64,000 nucleotides of DNA from Candidatus Bathyarchaeota archaeon (GTDB lineage: Archaea; Thermoproteota; Bathyarchaeia; TCS64), in assembly GCA_016783455.1 (NCBI GenBank), contig JADHWN010000006.1, forward strand, positions 6,142-70,141, in the 5' to 3' direction. Positions 34,621 through 44,069 of this stretch are shown piece after piece. A program made the position numbers and the translations under genes. A model generated the notes under the pieces. The model made no database searches. It was not told the origin of the DNA and worked only from the letters and a program-made list of their open reading frames with translations. Numbering within the stretch: the first letter of the stretch is position 1; every line of letters begins with the position of its first letter.

Positions 34621-35512
34621 TCTCCTTTACCTCCTTGAAACCGTTCTCCGTCAGGTATCCCCTGATGCCCTCCGCTATCTCCCCGTAGATGTCGAATCCT
34701 CCATCCATTGCGGCTGTTCCGATCTCGACGGCCGTGGCCCCGGAGAGGAGGTACTCCACCGCGTCCCTCCAGTTGGAGATGCCCCCGCACCCGATGATGG
34801 GGACCTCCACCGCCTCGTAGATCTCCCAGACGCACCTCAAGGCCACGGGCTTCAGAGCCGGCCCCGAGAGGCCCCCCGTGACGTTGGTGAGGATGGGCCT
34901 CCTCAGGTCGGCGTCAACCGCCAGCCCCTTGAGGGTGTTGACGGCAGTGATGGCGTCCGCCCCACCCCGCTCGGCGGCCCTAGCGATCTCGCAGATATCG
35001 GTGACGTTGGGTGAGAGCTTAACTATGACCGGTGAATTGGCGACCTCCTTGACCGCCTCGGTCACCTTCTCCGTATTCAGCGGGTCGGCCCCAAGCATTC
35101 CCAGCTCCTCGGCGACGTTGGGGCAGCTCACGTTAACCTCCAGTGCATCAACCCCTGCCTCGGAGAGGACATTTGCCACCTCCCTGAACTCCTCGATGGA
35201 TCCTCCGAAGAAGCTCGCAACGACGGGAATTCCATCACCCTGGAGCTCCCTGATCATCTCCACGAAGTAATCGGCTCCCGGGTTAGGCAGTCCCATCGCG
35301 TTGAGGGCGCCTCCCTCCACCGAGACCAGGGTGGGGTTGCTGTGCCCCATCCTCTGGACCCCTCCGAGGCTCTTGGTCACCACAGCCCCGGCTCCACCCT
35401 CGTAGACCCTCTTAAGGAGGGGCGCGGAGATGCCAAGGACCCCGGCGGCGTTCATCGTGGGATTCCTGAGCTCCAGCCCAGCTATGCTCACTGCTAAGCT
35501 TAATTGGGACAT
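34595..35512 (-). CDS. pyrD: Dihydroorotate dehydrogenase (class 1B) catalytic subunit
   Basis: LRNPTMNAAGV, NVSCPN, GLSGPALKP, and adjacency to pyrK. Confidence 0.92.
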   Translation of the reverse strand: MSQLSLAVSIAGLELRNPTMNAAGVLGISAPLLKRVYEGGAGAVVTKSLGGVQRMGHSNPTLVSVEGGALNAMGLPNPGADYFVEMIRELQGDGIPVVASFFGGSIEEFREVANVLSEAGVDALEVNVSCPNVAEELGMLGADPLNTEKVTEAVKEVANSPVIVKLSPNVTDICEIARAAERGGADAITAVNTLKGLAVDADLRRPILTNVTGGLSGPALKPVALRCVWEIYEAVEVPIIGCGGISNWRDAVEYLLSGATAVEIGTAAMDGGFDIYGEIAEGIRGYLTENGFKEVKEIVGLAHGG

Positions 35513-35558
35513 CCCGTCTTTACTTGCGTATATCGTTGATAAACCTTAGGAGAGTGAC

Positions 35559-36731
35559 GTGTTGAGCGAACCGGGAAGCGAAGGGAAAAAGGTGCACGTC
35601 GTCGAGACTATAATCGGGGTCCTAGGGGTCACCGGGGAGAGCGTCGTAGAACGCGTCCTCTATCCCAGGGATCCAAAGCAGATAGCGGCGGCGCTGGACC
35701 GGCAGCGGGACGGCGAGGTGAATAAGGAAGCCGCCGAGCTGGTTGAGAAGCTGATGCAGAGGGGCTTCAAGGGGCTCGTGCTATCCAACGAAGCCCTGGC
35801 GAAGACGATCGCTGACAAGTATGGCCTGGACACTGAGACCTCCGGTCCTTCCGGATCCGGCGAATACGTCAGGGACAACCTTGAGGCCTTGGCTGTTGAG
35901 TACGGATGGGTAGAGGATGCTGCCCAGCTTCGAGGCGTGGTCCACGAGGTCTCCATGGAGAGGGCCCAGAGGGCTGTGAGGAGGGCCCAGTCTGCGCGGG
36001 GCGCCGTCATCCCCCAGATGGTCCAGCTCCTCAACGAGCTCGACAAGACCCTCAACGTCCTCTCCAGCAAGCTCCGGGAGTGGTACGGGCTCCACTTCCC
36101 CGAGCTGGACCGCCAGGTGGACAGCCACGAGACCTACGCCCGTATCGTGGAATCAATAGGGGCCAGGTCCAGCTTGGAAGCCGATGCTCTAGCTACCCTG
36201 GGGTTCAAACCCGACAAGGCTAGTAGGATCGTCAACGCCGCCCAAGGCTCCATGGGGGCTCCCATGTCACCCGACGACCTGGAGCAGCAGCAGGCCCTAG
36301 CCTCCCGTCTCCTTTCCCTCTACGAGTACCGGGAGGAGCTGGAGGGTCACATCTCCTCGACGGCTCAGGAGGTAGCTCCCAACCTCTCGGAAGTTGCTGG
36401 TCCAGTGTTGGCTGCGAAGCTCATCGAGAGGGGCGGGGGGCTGAGAAAGCTCGCCATGAAGCCCTCCGGAGCCATCCAGATCCTGGGAGCGGAGAAGGCT
36501 CTTTTCCGGGCTAAAAAGACGAGGGCGAGGCCCCCCAAGCATGGTCTCATCTTCCAACATCCCTTCGTACACTCCAAGAAGAGGAAGCTGCGGGGACGCT
36601 CAGCACGTGTCCTGGCGGCGAAGCTCGCCTTGGCAGCCAGGGCGGATGCCTTCACGGGCAACTCCCTGGGATCTGAGCTGAAGAGACAGCTCGACGAGTA
36701 CGAAAAAGGGGATAAATCTGGTGCCGATTAG
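35559..36731 (+). CDS. nop5: C/D box sRNP core protein Nop5 (Nop56/58)
   Basis: NOSIC/Nop domain: LREWYGLHFPEL, NLSEVAGPVLAAKLI..GGL.KLA..PSGAIQILGAEKALFRA. GTG start is uncertain. Confidence 0.9.
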   Translation: MLSEPGSEGKKVHVVETIIGVLGVTGESVVERVLYPRDPKQIAAALDRQRDGEVNKEAAELVEKLMQRGFKGLVLSNEALAKTIADKYGLDTETSGPSGSGEYVRDNLEALAVEYGWVEDAAQLRGVVHEVSMERAQRAVRRAQSARGAVIPQMVQLLNELDKTLNVLSSKLREWYGLHFPELDRQVDSHETYARIVESIGARSSLEADALATLGFKPDKASRIVNAAQGSMGAPMSPDDLEQQQALASRLLSLYEYREELEGHISSTAQEVAPNLSEVAGPVLAAKLIERGGGLRKLAMKPSGAIQILGAEKALFRAKKTRARPPKHGLIFQHPFVHSKKRKLRGRSARVLAAKLALAARADAFTGNSLGSELKRQLDEYEKGDKSGAD

Positions 36732-36795
36732 CTGAGTTACGTTTTCAGGGGCTTCTGTTCCGCTCCTGCTCCGTTCTCTGGGCTCGAACCTGCTT

Positions 36796-37065
36796 CTATG
36801 GCTTCGACAGCTTTATGGCAATAGTCGAGACGTTCCTCTTGTTGCCTTCCTCTCCCAAGATCTCCGTGCCGATGCTGACATCATCCACTATCATGTCCCT
36901 CATGAAGCTCCTCTTGGTGACCTCTACGACATCGACGGCGCTGCTTATGGCCCTGCCACGGGCCATGACGTTGACGCTATCAGCTCTTGAGAAAGCGGTT
37001 ATAACCGCTGTCACGTATGCCAGAATGGGCTTTGAGCCTATGTATACCCTCTCGTCATTAGACAT
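36796..37065 (-). CDS. albA: Alba chromatin / RNA-binding protein
   Basis: MSNDERVYIGSKPILAYVTAVITAF..VNVMARGRAISSAVDVVE. Start placed at the internal ATG 37065. Confidence 0.88.
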   Translation of the reverse strand: MSNDERVYIGSKPILAYVTAVITAFSRADSVNVMARGRAISSAVDVVEVTKRSFMRDMIVDDVSIGTEILGEEGNKRNVSTIAIKLSKP

Positions 37066-37239
37066 GGCAGTCTCAATTCTGTAAAAAAACACTACATGTA
37101 CTTAAAACATACTCACCGGTGTATGAAGCGCGTATAGTAACATTGTTACTTAACTCTGATACAGGTAAGTATAAATCGGATGATCATGTACCACTAATAC
37201 AGGTTCAAAAACCATATACTGTGAAAAGGTGAAAAGGTG

Positions 37240-37476
37240 ATGTCCTCGCTCTCTGAAGCTTTCCAGAAGAAGCTCAACCGGAAAGACTGCCCGTACCTCC
37301 ACGACTGCAGCGTCGCCATCACCAAGGACTTCTTCTCCAGGATATGCAACTCACCGTCATACGTGAACTGCCACCACTTCGCCAAGAAGGTGAACGAGCT
37401 CAGGACCCCCATGGCGTGGCTCCAGAAGCTCGCGGTCGACCAGGCGAAGATGATGGAGCAGCGTGTCGAAGCATAG
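37240..37476 (+). CDS. Small Cys/His-rich protein (78 aa), unknown function
   Basis: GC3-rich coding frame. CPYLHDC-x13-C-x7-CHH pattern followed by an amphipathic C-terminal helix. AAAGGTGA SD. Ends 54 nt before the fibrillarin ATG. Confidence 0.55.
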   Translation: MSSLSEAFQKKLNRKDCPYLHDCSVAITKDFFSRICNSPSYVNCHHFAKKVNELRTPMAWLQKLAVDQAKMMEQRVEA

Positions 37477-37530
37477 AAGCCTCCACGGTAGATTTTTCTC
37501 CTCGTAACCTGAGTAGAGTTGAGGCCGAAC

Positions 37531-38214
37531 ATGGCACCGGAAGAGGCCTTCCCTGGGATATTCAGATTTGAAGTGGACTCCAGGGCGGTCCTGGCCACGA
37601 GGAACATGACCCCGGGTAGGAAGGTCTACGGCGAGCAGCTAGTCGAGGTCGACGGAATCGAGTACCGCACTTGGAACCCCTATCGCAGCAAGCTTGCCGC
37701 CGCCGTGCTGAAAGGCCTAGTCAAATCCCCCCTCTCCATCGGGGACAGGGTCCTCTACCTGGGCGTGGCCTCCGGGACCACCTGCTCCCACATATCCGAC
37801 GTGGTAGGTCCCAAGGGCTACATCTGGGGCGTGGATTTCGCCCCTCGCTCCTTGCGAGACCTCGTGTCCAACGTCGCCAGGTACAGGCAGAATATATCAC
37901 CCATACTGGGCGACGCCCGAGACCCCGCCTCCTATTCAGCGGAAGTACAGAGGGTGGATGTCCTATATGCCGACGTGGCCCAGCCCGCACAGGCGGAGAT
38001 CGTTGTGAAGAACGCTGAGATGTACCTCAGAAAAGGGGGAAGGCTGGCTATAGCGATCAAGTCCAGGAGCGTCAACGTCACGCGGAGCCCCAGGGAGGTC
38101 TACTCCGACCAGATTGGGGTGCTGGAGAAGGGAGGCTTCACCATCGGAGAGATGCTCGAGCTTGAGCCCTACGAGAAGGACCACGCGATGGTGACCGCCA
38201 TCTATCGAGCCTGA
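37531..38214 (+). CDS. flpA: Fibrillarin-like rRNA/tRNA 2'-O-methyltransferase
   Basis: YRTWNPYRSKLAAA, VLYLGVASGTTCSHISD and DVAQPAQAEI. ATG 37531 is preferred over TTG 37519. Confidence 0.93.
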   Translation: MAPEEAFPGIFRFEVDSRAVLATRNMTPGRKVYGEQLVEVDGIEYRTWNPYRSKLAAAVLKGLVKSPLSIGDRVLYLGVASGTTCSHISDVVGPKGYIWGVDFAPRSLRDLVSNVARYRQNISPILGDARDPASYSAEVQRVDVLYADVAQPAQAEIVVKNAEMYLRKGGRLAIAIKSRSVNVTRSPREVYSDQIGVLEKGGFTIGEMLELEPYEKDHAMVTAIYRA

Positions 38215-38849
38215 GCCGCCCTTATCCTCCTAACGGTGGCCCATGAGCACCGCATGAAGGGAGGGCAGTCATCGCGGTCCTCGAACCAGGACTCCAGGAA
38301 CGAGACCGTCCTCCTGTCGCTGCTGTAGCCTGAGCCGAAGTCGCCGTGCTCCTCCCTGAGCTCCGCCACGAACCTGTCACGCCTCACCTTGGCCAGGATG
38401 GACGCCGCTGAGACGACCGGGTAGATGTCGTCGGCATGGCTCTCTCCGTGGACCTCGATCCCCGGGGGGATCACCCTCTTGATATCCTCCACGAACCTGT
38501 TGATGACCGTGTCAGCTGGATCCACTATCGCGCGGTGGGGTCCAAGGTCCCTGATGACCTTCGCCATGGCCATTGCCTCGAGGTAGTTCAACTTCCTGTA
38601 GACGACCCCCCTGTTCACAACCTTGTCTATGGTCCTGGGCTGCAGATCGAAGAAGGCCCAGCTGTCGGCGAGATCCATGATCTCCACCTCCAGGGATTCT
38701 CTCCTCCTTGGCGAGAGCTTCTTGGAGTCCTTGACTCCCATCGATGGGAGGTCTTCAGCCGTCTCCTCGTCGAACAGGACGCCCCCTACGACAAGGGGTC
38801 CGATCGCGGGGCCCCTTCCCGCTTCGTCTACGCCCGCGACTTTGACCAT
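38202..38849 (-). CDS. rnhB: Ribonuclease HII
   Basis: VAGVDEAGRGPAIGPLVV and the DSKKLS motif. Start placed at the internal ATG 38849. The 3' end overlaps the fibrillarin 3' end by 13 nt. Confidence 0.9.
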   Translation of the reverse strand: MVKVAGVDEAGRGPAIGPLVVGGVLFDEETAEDLPSMGVKDSKKLSPRRRESLEVEIMDLADSWAFFDLQPRTIDKVVNRGVVYRKLNYLEAMAMAKVIRDLGPHRAIVDPADTVINRFVEDIKRVIPPGIEVHGESHADDIYPVVSAASILAKVRRDRFVAELREEHGDFGSGYSSDRRTVSFLESWFEDRDDCPPFMRCSWATVRRIRAAQAR

Positions 38850-38973
38850 AGGATTACAGTGTACACTTTGATGGAGGTCGGTTTTAACCCCTCTCTTCAC
38901 AACTACGTATAAGGGATAATGCCTGTTGTTTGAGTAGGCTTATTGTGGTAAAAAAGAGTGTATTTTGTGTCGT

Positions 38974-39273
38974 CTACAGGGGGATGTTGACGTCCCTGAG
39001 CTCGAAGTCCTTGACCCCCTTGAAGTACCTGATGACCTGCTCCCCCTTCATCGTGATGACGTAGATCCTGCTGGTCCTCTTGTCCCTCCTCCTCCCGGTC
39101 GTCATGTCTATCTCCTCGATGAGCTCCTGGGACACCATCGAGGTGAGGATCTTCATGAGGGGCTGCCACGAAATGTTCGCTTGGTACATGATGCGCGTCG
39201 GCTTGTCCGTGCCCCCCTTGATTATCTTGAGGACCTCTAGGTATATCTCCAACTTTGACCTTCTTGTCTCCAT
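38974..39273 (-). CDS. Winged-helix DNA-binding protein (COG3432/HTH_45-like), family member W4
   Basis: RRSKLEIYLEVLKIIKGG.DKPTRIMYQANISWQPLMKIL..DKRT..ITMKGEQVIRYF. Confidence 0.75.
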   Translation of the reverse strand: METRRSKLEIYLEVLKIIKGGTDKPTRIMYQANISWQPLMKILTSMVSQELIEEIDMTTGRRRDKRTSRIYVITMKGEQVIRYFKGVKDFELRDVNIPL

Positions 39274-39380
39274 GGTCTGACCTCCCCTTTACGGGGCTGA
39301 ACCCTTGAATCACAAAGGGATCGGACTCTATTTGAGCCGACGTGTGTGTTTCTCTACTACAACGCTATTCTATAAACAAC

Positions 39381-40529
39381 TCAGGGACCGGGAAAGAGCT
39401 CTCTGTATATATTTAGGTAACGCCTGACGCCCTCGTCAGGGCTGAAACACCTCACAATGGTCTCCCTAGCCTTCCTGCCGAGACGTAGGTTCGAGGCGGC
39501 TAGGAGGACCTTCTCCGCCAGCCCCTCCACGTCCCGGGGTCTGAAGAGGAAGCCGTTCACACCGTCCGTGATGACCTCGGGGCATCCAAAGCCATCTACC
39601 GCCACAGGAACGCAGCCCGTCGCCATGGCCTCCTGCAGAGACATGGAGAGCCCCTCACCGACGGAGGTCAGGACGAAGACGTCGCAGAGCCGATGGAACA
39701 TCGAGGCGTCGGCTACTCTGCCGAGGAACATCATGTTGGCTACTCCGAGTTCCCTGGACAGCCTCTCCAGGTATGGGCGGTGGAACCCCTCACCTCCAAC
39801 GACGAAAAAGGCGTCAATCTCACCCTGGATCCTCACTGCAGCCCTGATGAAATCCTCGACCCGCTTCTCCGGGACGAGCCGTCTCAGAGTACCCACGACG
39901 AGGCTGTCAGTGGGAATGCCCAGCGCCACTCGTAGGGCGTTCCGGTCCCGTGCAGGCCTGAATCTCTCCGAGTCTACACCGAGGTAGATGACCTCGACCC
40001 TCTCTTCGGGAGCTCCGAGCCTTACGGCGAGGTTCTTAATGAAGGCGGAGACGGCGACGACTCTGTCCGCTTTTCTGAGGGCACGTCTAACGAAGGGCCT
40101 GTACACTGGTTTCGCGAGGGGCAGGAGGCAGTCGCCTCCGTGGCAGGTCACCACGAGGGGTGTCTCCCTGGGTGAAAGGGAGGCCAGGAACCCCATGGGG
40201 ATGGCGAGGTGGGCGTGGACGATGTCAGCCGATTGCCCCACCAAGTGCAGGTAGGCTGAGAAGAGGTAGGGTGGAAGCTGCATCAAATCAATCGGTGAGG
40301 CGTGCTTCAAGGTCTGCTCTGGCAGAACCTCGAGACGCTTGGATGGCATGAACGGGAATCGCACGATCTTGAGTTTCCCGGTGCCCTTCCTTGATGAGCG
40401 CGTCCTGGGCGCGAGGACCGTGATGTCCACACCCGCCTCTGCCAGCCTGAGGCACTGGTCGCGCACGAAGTTGCCGTAGTAGTCTCCCTCGTATCGGGGG
40501 AAGCTGGAAGTCGCCGTGAGAACCTTCAA
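39381..40529 (-). CDS. Glycosyltransferase, GT4-like (GT-B fold)
   Basis: N-terminal Glyco_trans_4-like and C-terminal Glycos_transf_1-like layout (GEGFHRP..LTSVGEGLSMSLQEAMATGCVPV). Confidence 0.8.
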   Translation of the reverse strand: MKVLTATSSFPRYEGDYYGNFVRDQCLRLAEAGVDITVLAPRTRSSRKGTGKLKIVRFPFMPSKRLEVLPEQTLKHASPIDLMQLPPYLFSAYLHLVGQSADIVHAHLAIPMGFLASLSPRETPLVVTCHGGDCLLPLAKPVYRPFVRRALRKADRVVAVSAFIKNLAVRLGAPEERVEVIYLGVDSERFRPARDRNALRVALGIPTDSLVVGTLRRLVPEKRVEDFIRAAVRIQGEIDAFFVVGGEGFHRPYLERLSRELGVANMMFLGRVADASMFHRLCDVFVLTSVGEGLSMSLQEAMATGCVPVAVDGFGCPEVITDGVNGFLFRPRDVEGLAEKVLLAASNLRLGRKARETIVRCFSPDEGVRRYLNIYRELFPGP

Positions 40530-40585
40530 TCGTGGCCCCTGGACCTACGGATAACTTATCTTCAGTTACAGATAACGGTTCTCTA

Positions 40586-41659
40586 ATGGACCTCTCCCTC
40601 TGCCTCGTGGCCACGGAACTCTTCGAGTGGGGGCGTCACGGGGGCATTGGCATGGCGACCCGTACAATTGGAGCGGCCCTCGTTGATCGAGGAGTCGATG
40701 TCTCGGTCGTGGTTCCCCGGGGGGTGGAGCAGGCGTCGGTCGAGGAGCTTGACGGGATGACCGTCTACGGCTTCCCCCTCTGGAGGTATCCCCTCACGGG
40801 CTCCCTCTACAGGCGCGTCGACGCTGACATCTATCACTCCGAGGGGTTGAGCTGGGGGAGCGTCCTTGCGATGAATTCTGTACCTGAGAGGAGGCACATC
40901 GTCACCTTCCAGAACCCTCGGACCAGGGAGGAGTGGGGGGCGCTCTACCGCTTCTATCCGATGAGGCGCAGACTCTTCAACGCCCTCTACTGGGGCAGGC
41001 TCGTGGAGGCGGTAGGGCGGATGGACGCCGTCTACTGCCAGTCCAGAGATATGATCCCCAAGGCGAAGGAGCTGTATAATATTGCGGAGGACCCCGGATT
41101 CCTGCCTAATCCCGTCGATGTCCCATCCGATATACCCCGGAAGTCGGGGGAGCCGACGGTCTGCTTCCTCGGGAGGTTCGACGGGGAGAAACGCCCCGAG
41201 CTCTTCCTCGAGCTGGCTGAGAGGTTCCCCGGGGTCAGGTTCGTAGCTATGGGGAGGGCAAACGAAGAGTCCATGGACAGAGCGTTGAGGAGGAGATATG
41301 GGGGTTCAACGAACGTGGAGATGCCCGGCTTCATCTCTGGAGAAAGGAAGAATCAGGTCTTGGAGGAGGCTTGGATTCTCGTCAACACCAGCGTGAGCGA
41401 AGGATTCCCCGTCTCCTTCCTGGAGGCAGCTGCGCATGGCTGCGCCATCCTCAGCTCCCACGATCCAGAGGGCTTCGCCAGCCGCTTCGGATACCACGTG
41501 GGGGATGGGGATCTGGATACGGGTCTAAGGTTCATGTTAGATTCGGACCGCTGGAAGCGGAAAGGTGAGGAGGGCTATGCCTACGTCTCGGAGTTCCACG
41601 AAAAGGGGAGGATCATGGACATGCATATGACTGCTTACGAGAGGCTGATAGGGGCCTAG
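40586..41659 (+). CDS. Glycosyltransferase, GT4-like (GT-B fold)
   Basis: GGIGMATRTIGAALVDRGVDVSVV..LVNTSVSEGFPVSFLEAAAHGCAIL. Start placed at ATG 40586. Divergent from the previous GT. Confidence 0.78.
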   Translation: MDLSLCLVATELFEWGRHGGIGMATRTIGAALVDRGVDVSVVVPRGVEQASVEELDGMTVYGFPLWRYPLTGSLYRRVDADIYHSEGLSWGSVLAMNSVPERRHIVTFQNPRTREEWGALYRFYPMRRRLFNALYWGRLVEAVGRMDAVYCQSRDMIPKAKELYNIAEDPGFLPNPVDVPSDIPRKSGEPTVCFLGRFDGEKRPELFLELAERFPGVRFVAMGRANEESMDRALRRRYGGSTNVEMPGFISGERKNQVLEEAWILVNTSVSEGFPVSFLEAAAHGCAILSSHDPEGFASRFGYHVGDGDLDTGLRFMLDSDRWKRKGEEGYAYVSEFHEKGRIMDMHMTAYERLIGA

Positions 41660-42786
41660 ACGACCCCTGCTTTCCGTAGTTCCTCTAGTTTCTCCTTGGA
41701 GAGGCCTAAGAGCTCGGAATAAACCTCCTCGTTGTGCTGGCCCAGGAGGGGTGCCGGCATTGTTATGTCCCCCTTGGTCTCGGAGAACTTGATGGGGAAC
41801 CCGGGGAGGATAACCTCACCCAAGGTGGGGTGATCCACCTTGACGAACATCTCCCTGGCTATAGCGTGCTCGTTCGCCTTCACCTGGTCTAGGTCCAGGA
41901 CGGGTGCGACGGGTACGCCTGTCTTGGCGAGGAGCTTCACGACTTCCTCTACCGGTCGCCGTTCCACCCACTCGCCTACGTTCTCTGGGGTGACCTCCTC
42001 CACGTCCAGGAGCTCCTTGAACCAGTCGGTGATCCGCCCCGCCGGGAGGCTGAACATCACGTATCCGTCTAGGGCCTTGTGGAGTCCCGAGACTCCAACC
42101 CTCCCCGACCTGGCTGCACTCCTGAATGTGGTCTGGGCCAGCTCCCAGAATGAGAAGCTCTGCATCACCCCTATCATTGCGTCCATCTGGGCGACGTCGA
42201 TGCGCTGCCCCCTCCCCGTCCTGTTCCGGTACTGGAGGGCAGCGAGGATGCCGATTAGGGCGGAGAATCCAGGGATGGTGTCGGCTATGGCCTCCACAGC
42301 CTGAAGGGGTGGCCCGTCGGGGTTGATGCCCTCCTGCATTGTCCACATATAGCCACTGGCGGCCTGGGCGATGGGGTCGAAGCTCCGCCTGTCACTCCAT
42401 GGGCCGTACTGGCCGAAACCGGAGATGGAGGCGAAGATGATGCCGGGGTTGAGTCCCTGGAGGACATCCCAGCCCAGGTCGAGGCGGTCCATGGTGCCGG
42501 CGGAGAAGTTCTCCATGACGACGTCGGCCTTCTTCACCATCTCCATGAACATCTCCCTCCCCCTGGGGTCCTTGAGGTTCAGGGTGACCCCCTTCTTGCA
42601 GCGGTCCACGAACATGAAGTAGGGACTAACTCCCTTGACGAGGGGCGGGAACATCCGTGTCATCTCGCCCCAGGTGGGCTCAATCTTGATGACCTCGGCC
42701 CCCATGGCCCCCAGGAACATGGTGCAGATGGGGCCTGCGTGGGCGTGGGTGAGATCTAGAACCCTAACTCCTTCGAGTGCGCTCAT
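41656..42786 (-). CDS. CoA transferase family III (CaiB/BaiF-like)
   Basis: LEGVRVLDLTHAHAGPICTMFLGAMGAEVIKIE N-terminal signature. Confidence 0.85.
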   Translation of the reverse strand: MSALEGVRVLDLTHAHAGPICTMFLGAMGAEVIKIEPTWGEMTRMFPPLVKGVSPYFMFVDRCKKGVTLNLKDPRGREMFMEMVKKADVVMENFSAGTMDRLDLGWDVLQGLNPGIIFASISGFGQYGPWSDRRSFDPIAQAASGYMWTMQEGINPDGPPLQAVEAIADTIPGFSALIGILAALQYRNRTGRGQRIDVAQMDAMIGVMQSFSFWELAQTTFRSAARSGRVGVSGLHKALDGYVMFSLPAGRITDWFKELLDVEEVTPENVGEWVERRPVEEVVKLLAKTGVPVAPVLDLDQVKANEHAIAREMFVKVDHPTLGEVILPGFPIKFSETKGDITMPAPLLGQHNEEVYSELLGLSKEKLEELRKAGVV

Positions 42787-42795
42787 ATAATGAAA

Positions 42796-43359
42796 TTAGG
42801 TGAAGAAGCTCTTAAGATCAACGTCGTCCTCGGGTCTGTCCTCGACGCGGGGCAGAACCCCCTCCACGTTCAGGAACAGTCTCTTCACATCCAGGCTCTC
42901 CTTGACGTAGCCCCCGCCAAAGCCACCGATGCCCCCGTTGGACCAGACGACCCGGTGGCATGGGATGACGATACCCAGGGGATTGGCCCCGACGGCGTTC
43001 CCCACCGCCCTCGCGGCTGCGGGCCTCCCGATGTCCTTGGCCAGCAGGCCGTACGACGAGAGCTTCCCGTAGGGGATCCTGTGGATGGCGTGCCAGACCT
43101 CCTTCTGGAACTCGGTGCCCCTCAGGTCAAAGGGTAGGTCGAACTCCGTGGGCCTACCCTCGACCCACCGGCTCAGCATCGTCTTTAGCTCGTTAAACCT
43201 GTCTGGATCCGGGATCAGCTCGGCCTTGAGTCCCTTCAGCCCGGTCTTGAACCTCTCCCCGGTCCCGAGGGCGTGCACTCGGACCAGGCCTTTCTCTGTG
43301 GTCGCCGCCCAGACCGTCCCTACGGGGAGCTCGATGTCGTCGTAGTAGACCTTCTCCAT
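42796..43359 (-). CDS. ogt: Methylated-DNA-protein-cysteine methyltransferase
   Basis: Active site VIPCHRVV and helix-turn-wing YGLLAKDIGRPAAARAVGNAVGANP. Carries a ~35-aa acidic C-terminal extension. Start placed at ATG 43359. Confidence 0.88.
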   Translation of the reverse strand: MEKVYYDDIELPVGTVWAATTEKGLVRVHALGTGERFKTGLKGLKAELIPDPDRFNELKTMLSRWVEGRPTEFDLPFDLRGTEFQKEVWHAIHRIPYGKLSSYGLLAKDIGRPAAARAVGNAVGANPLGIVIPCHRVVWSNGGIGGFGGGYVKESLDVKRLFLNVEGVLPRVEDRPEDDVDLKSFFT

Positions 43360-43403
43360 CTTTCCACCATCCTTTAAACGTCTCGTCAATAGACCTTTAC
43401 AAT

Positions 43404-43994
43404 ATGGTGAGAACGGCAGGGCTGCCTAAAATAGTGTTGGCATCCTCCTCCCCGAGGCGGGTGAAACTGTTGAGGCAGCTGGGGGTGCCCTTTGAGGTTA
43501 TAAAGCCCGATGGCGTCCATGAGGAGGACGACGGGGTCCCCGAGGAGGTCGTCCTCAGGAACGCCCAGGCCAAGGCGGACCATGTCGCCTCGAAGCTAGA
43601 TGAGGGGATCGTGGTAGGGGCTGACACGATAGTGGTGCTGGGCGATGCGATAATCGGGAAGGCCATGAATGACCAGGAGGCCGCGGAGATGCTCGGAGCC
43701 CTCCAGGGAAGGACTCACAGGGTCCTCACGGGCTTGGCGGTGGTCGACGCCTCCTCGAAGCGGATGGAGACGGATGTGGTTGAGACCCACGTCACGTTCC
43801 AGCCCCTCTCGGAGGAGGAGATCGCCAGATACGTGGCCACCGGGGAGCCCCTGGGGAAGGCGGGGGGCTACGCTGTCCAGGGTATTGGCGCCGTCATCGT
43901 GGAGGAGATTCATGGGTGTTTCTACAACGTCGTGGGTCTTCCCCTCTATGGGCTGAACGTGCTGCTGGAGAAGTATGGCGTCTGTCTACTCTAA
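43404..43994 (+). CDS. maf: Maf-like nucleoside triphosphate pyrophosphatase
   Basis: LASSSPRRVKLLRQLGVPFEV, GADTIVV, GKAGGYAVQG. Confidence 0.88.
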   Translation: MVRTAGLPKIVLASSSPRRVKLLRQLGVPFEVIKPDGVHEEDDGVPEEVVLRNAQAKADHVASKLDEGIVVGADTIVVLGDAIIGKAMNDQEAAEMLGALQGRTHRVLTGLAVVDASSKRMETDVVETHVTFQPLSEEEIARYVATGEPLGKAGGYAVQGIGAVIVEEIHGCFYNVVGLPLYGLNVLLEKYGVCLL

Positions 43995-44069
43995 TTTATG
44001 GGGTCACAGATGGAATTTAGTGTACATCATAATCTATAGAGGCTCATATAGCCTATATATCCTATATAA

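Noticed and set aside
37194-37607. 137-aa minus-strand ORF between albA and flpA
   Set aside because: AT-skewed, with poor codon usage. It overlaps the fibrillarin start and the better-supported Cys/His-rich + strand ORF.
39274-39300. CCCC-GUAAA-GGGG hairpin overlapping the SD (GGGGAGGU) of the W4 wHTH gene
   Set aside because: Only a 4-bp stem. It is too weak and too short to claim SD sequestration without conservation data.
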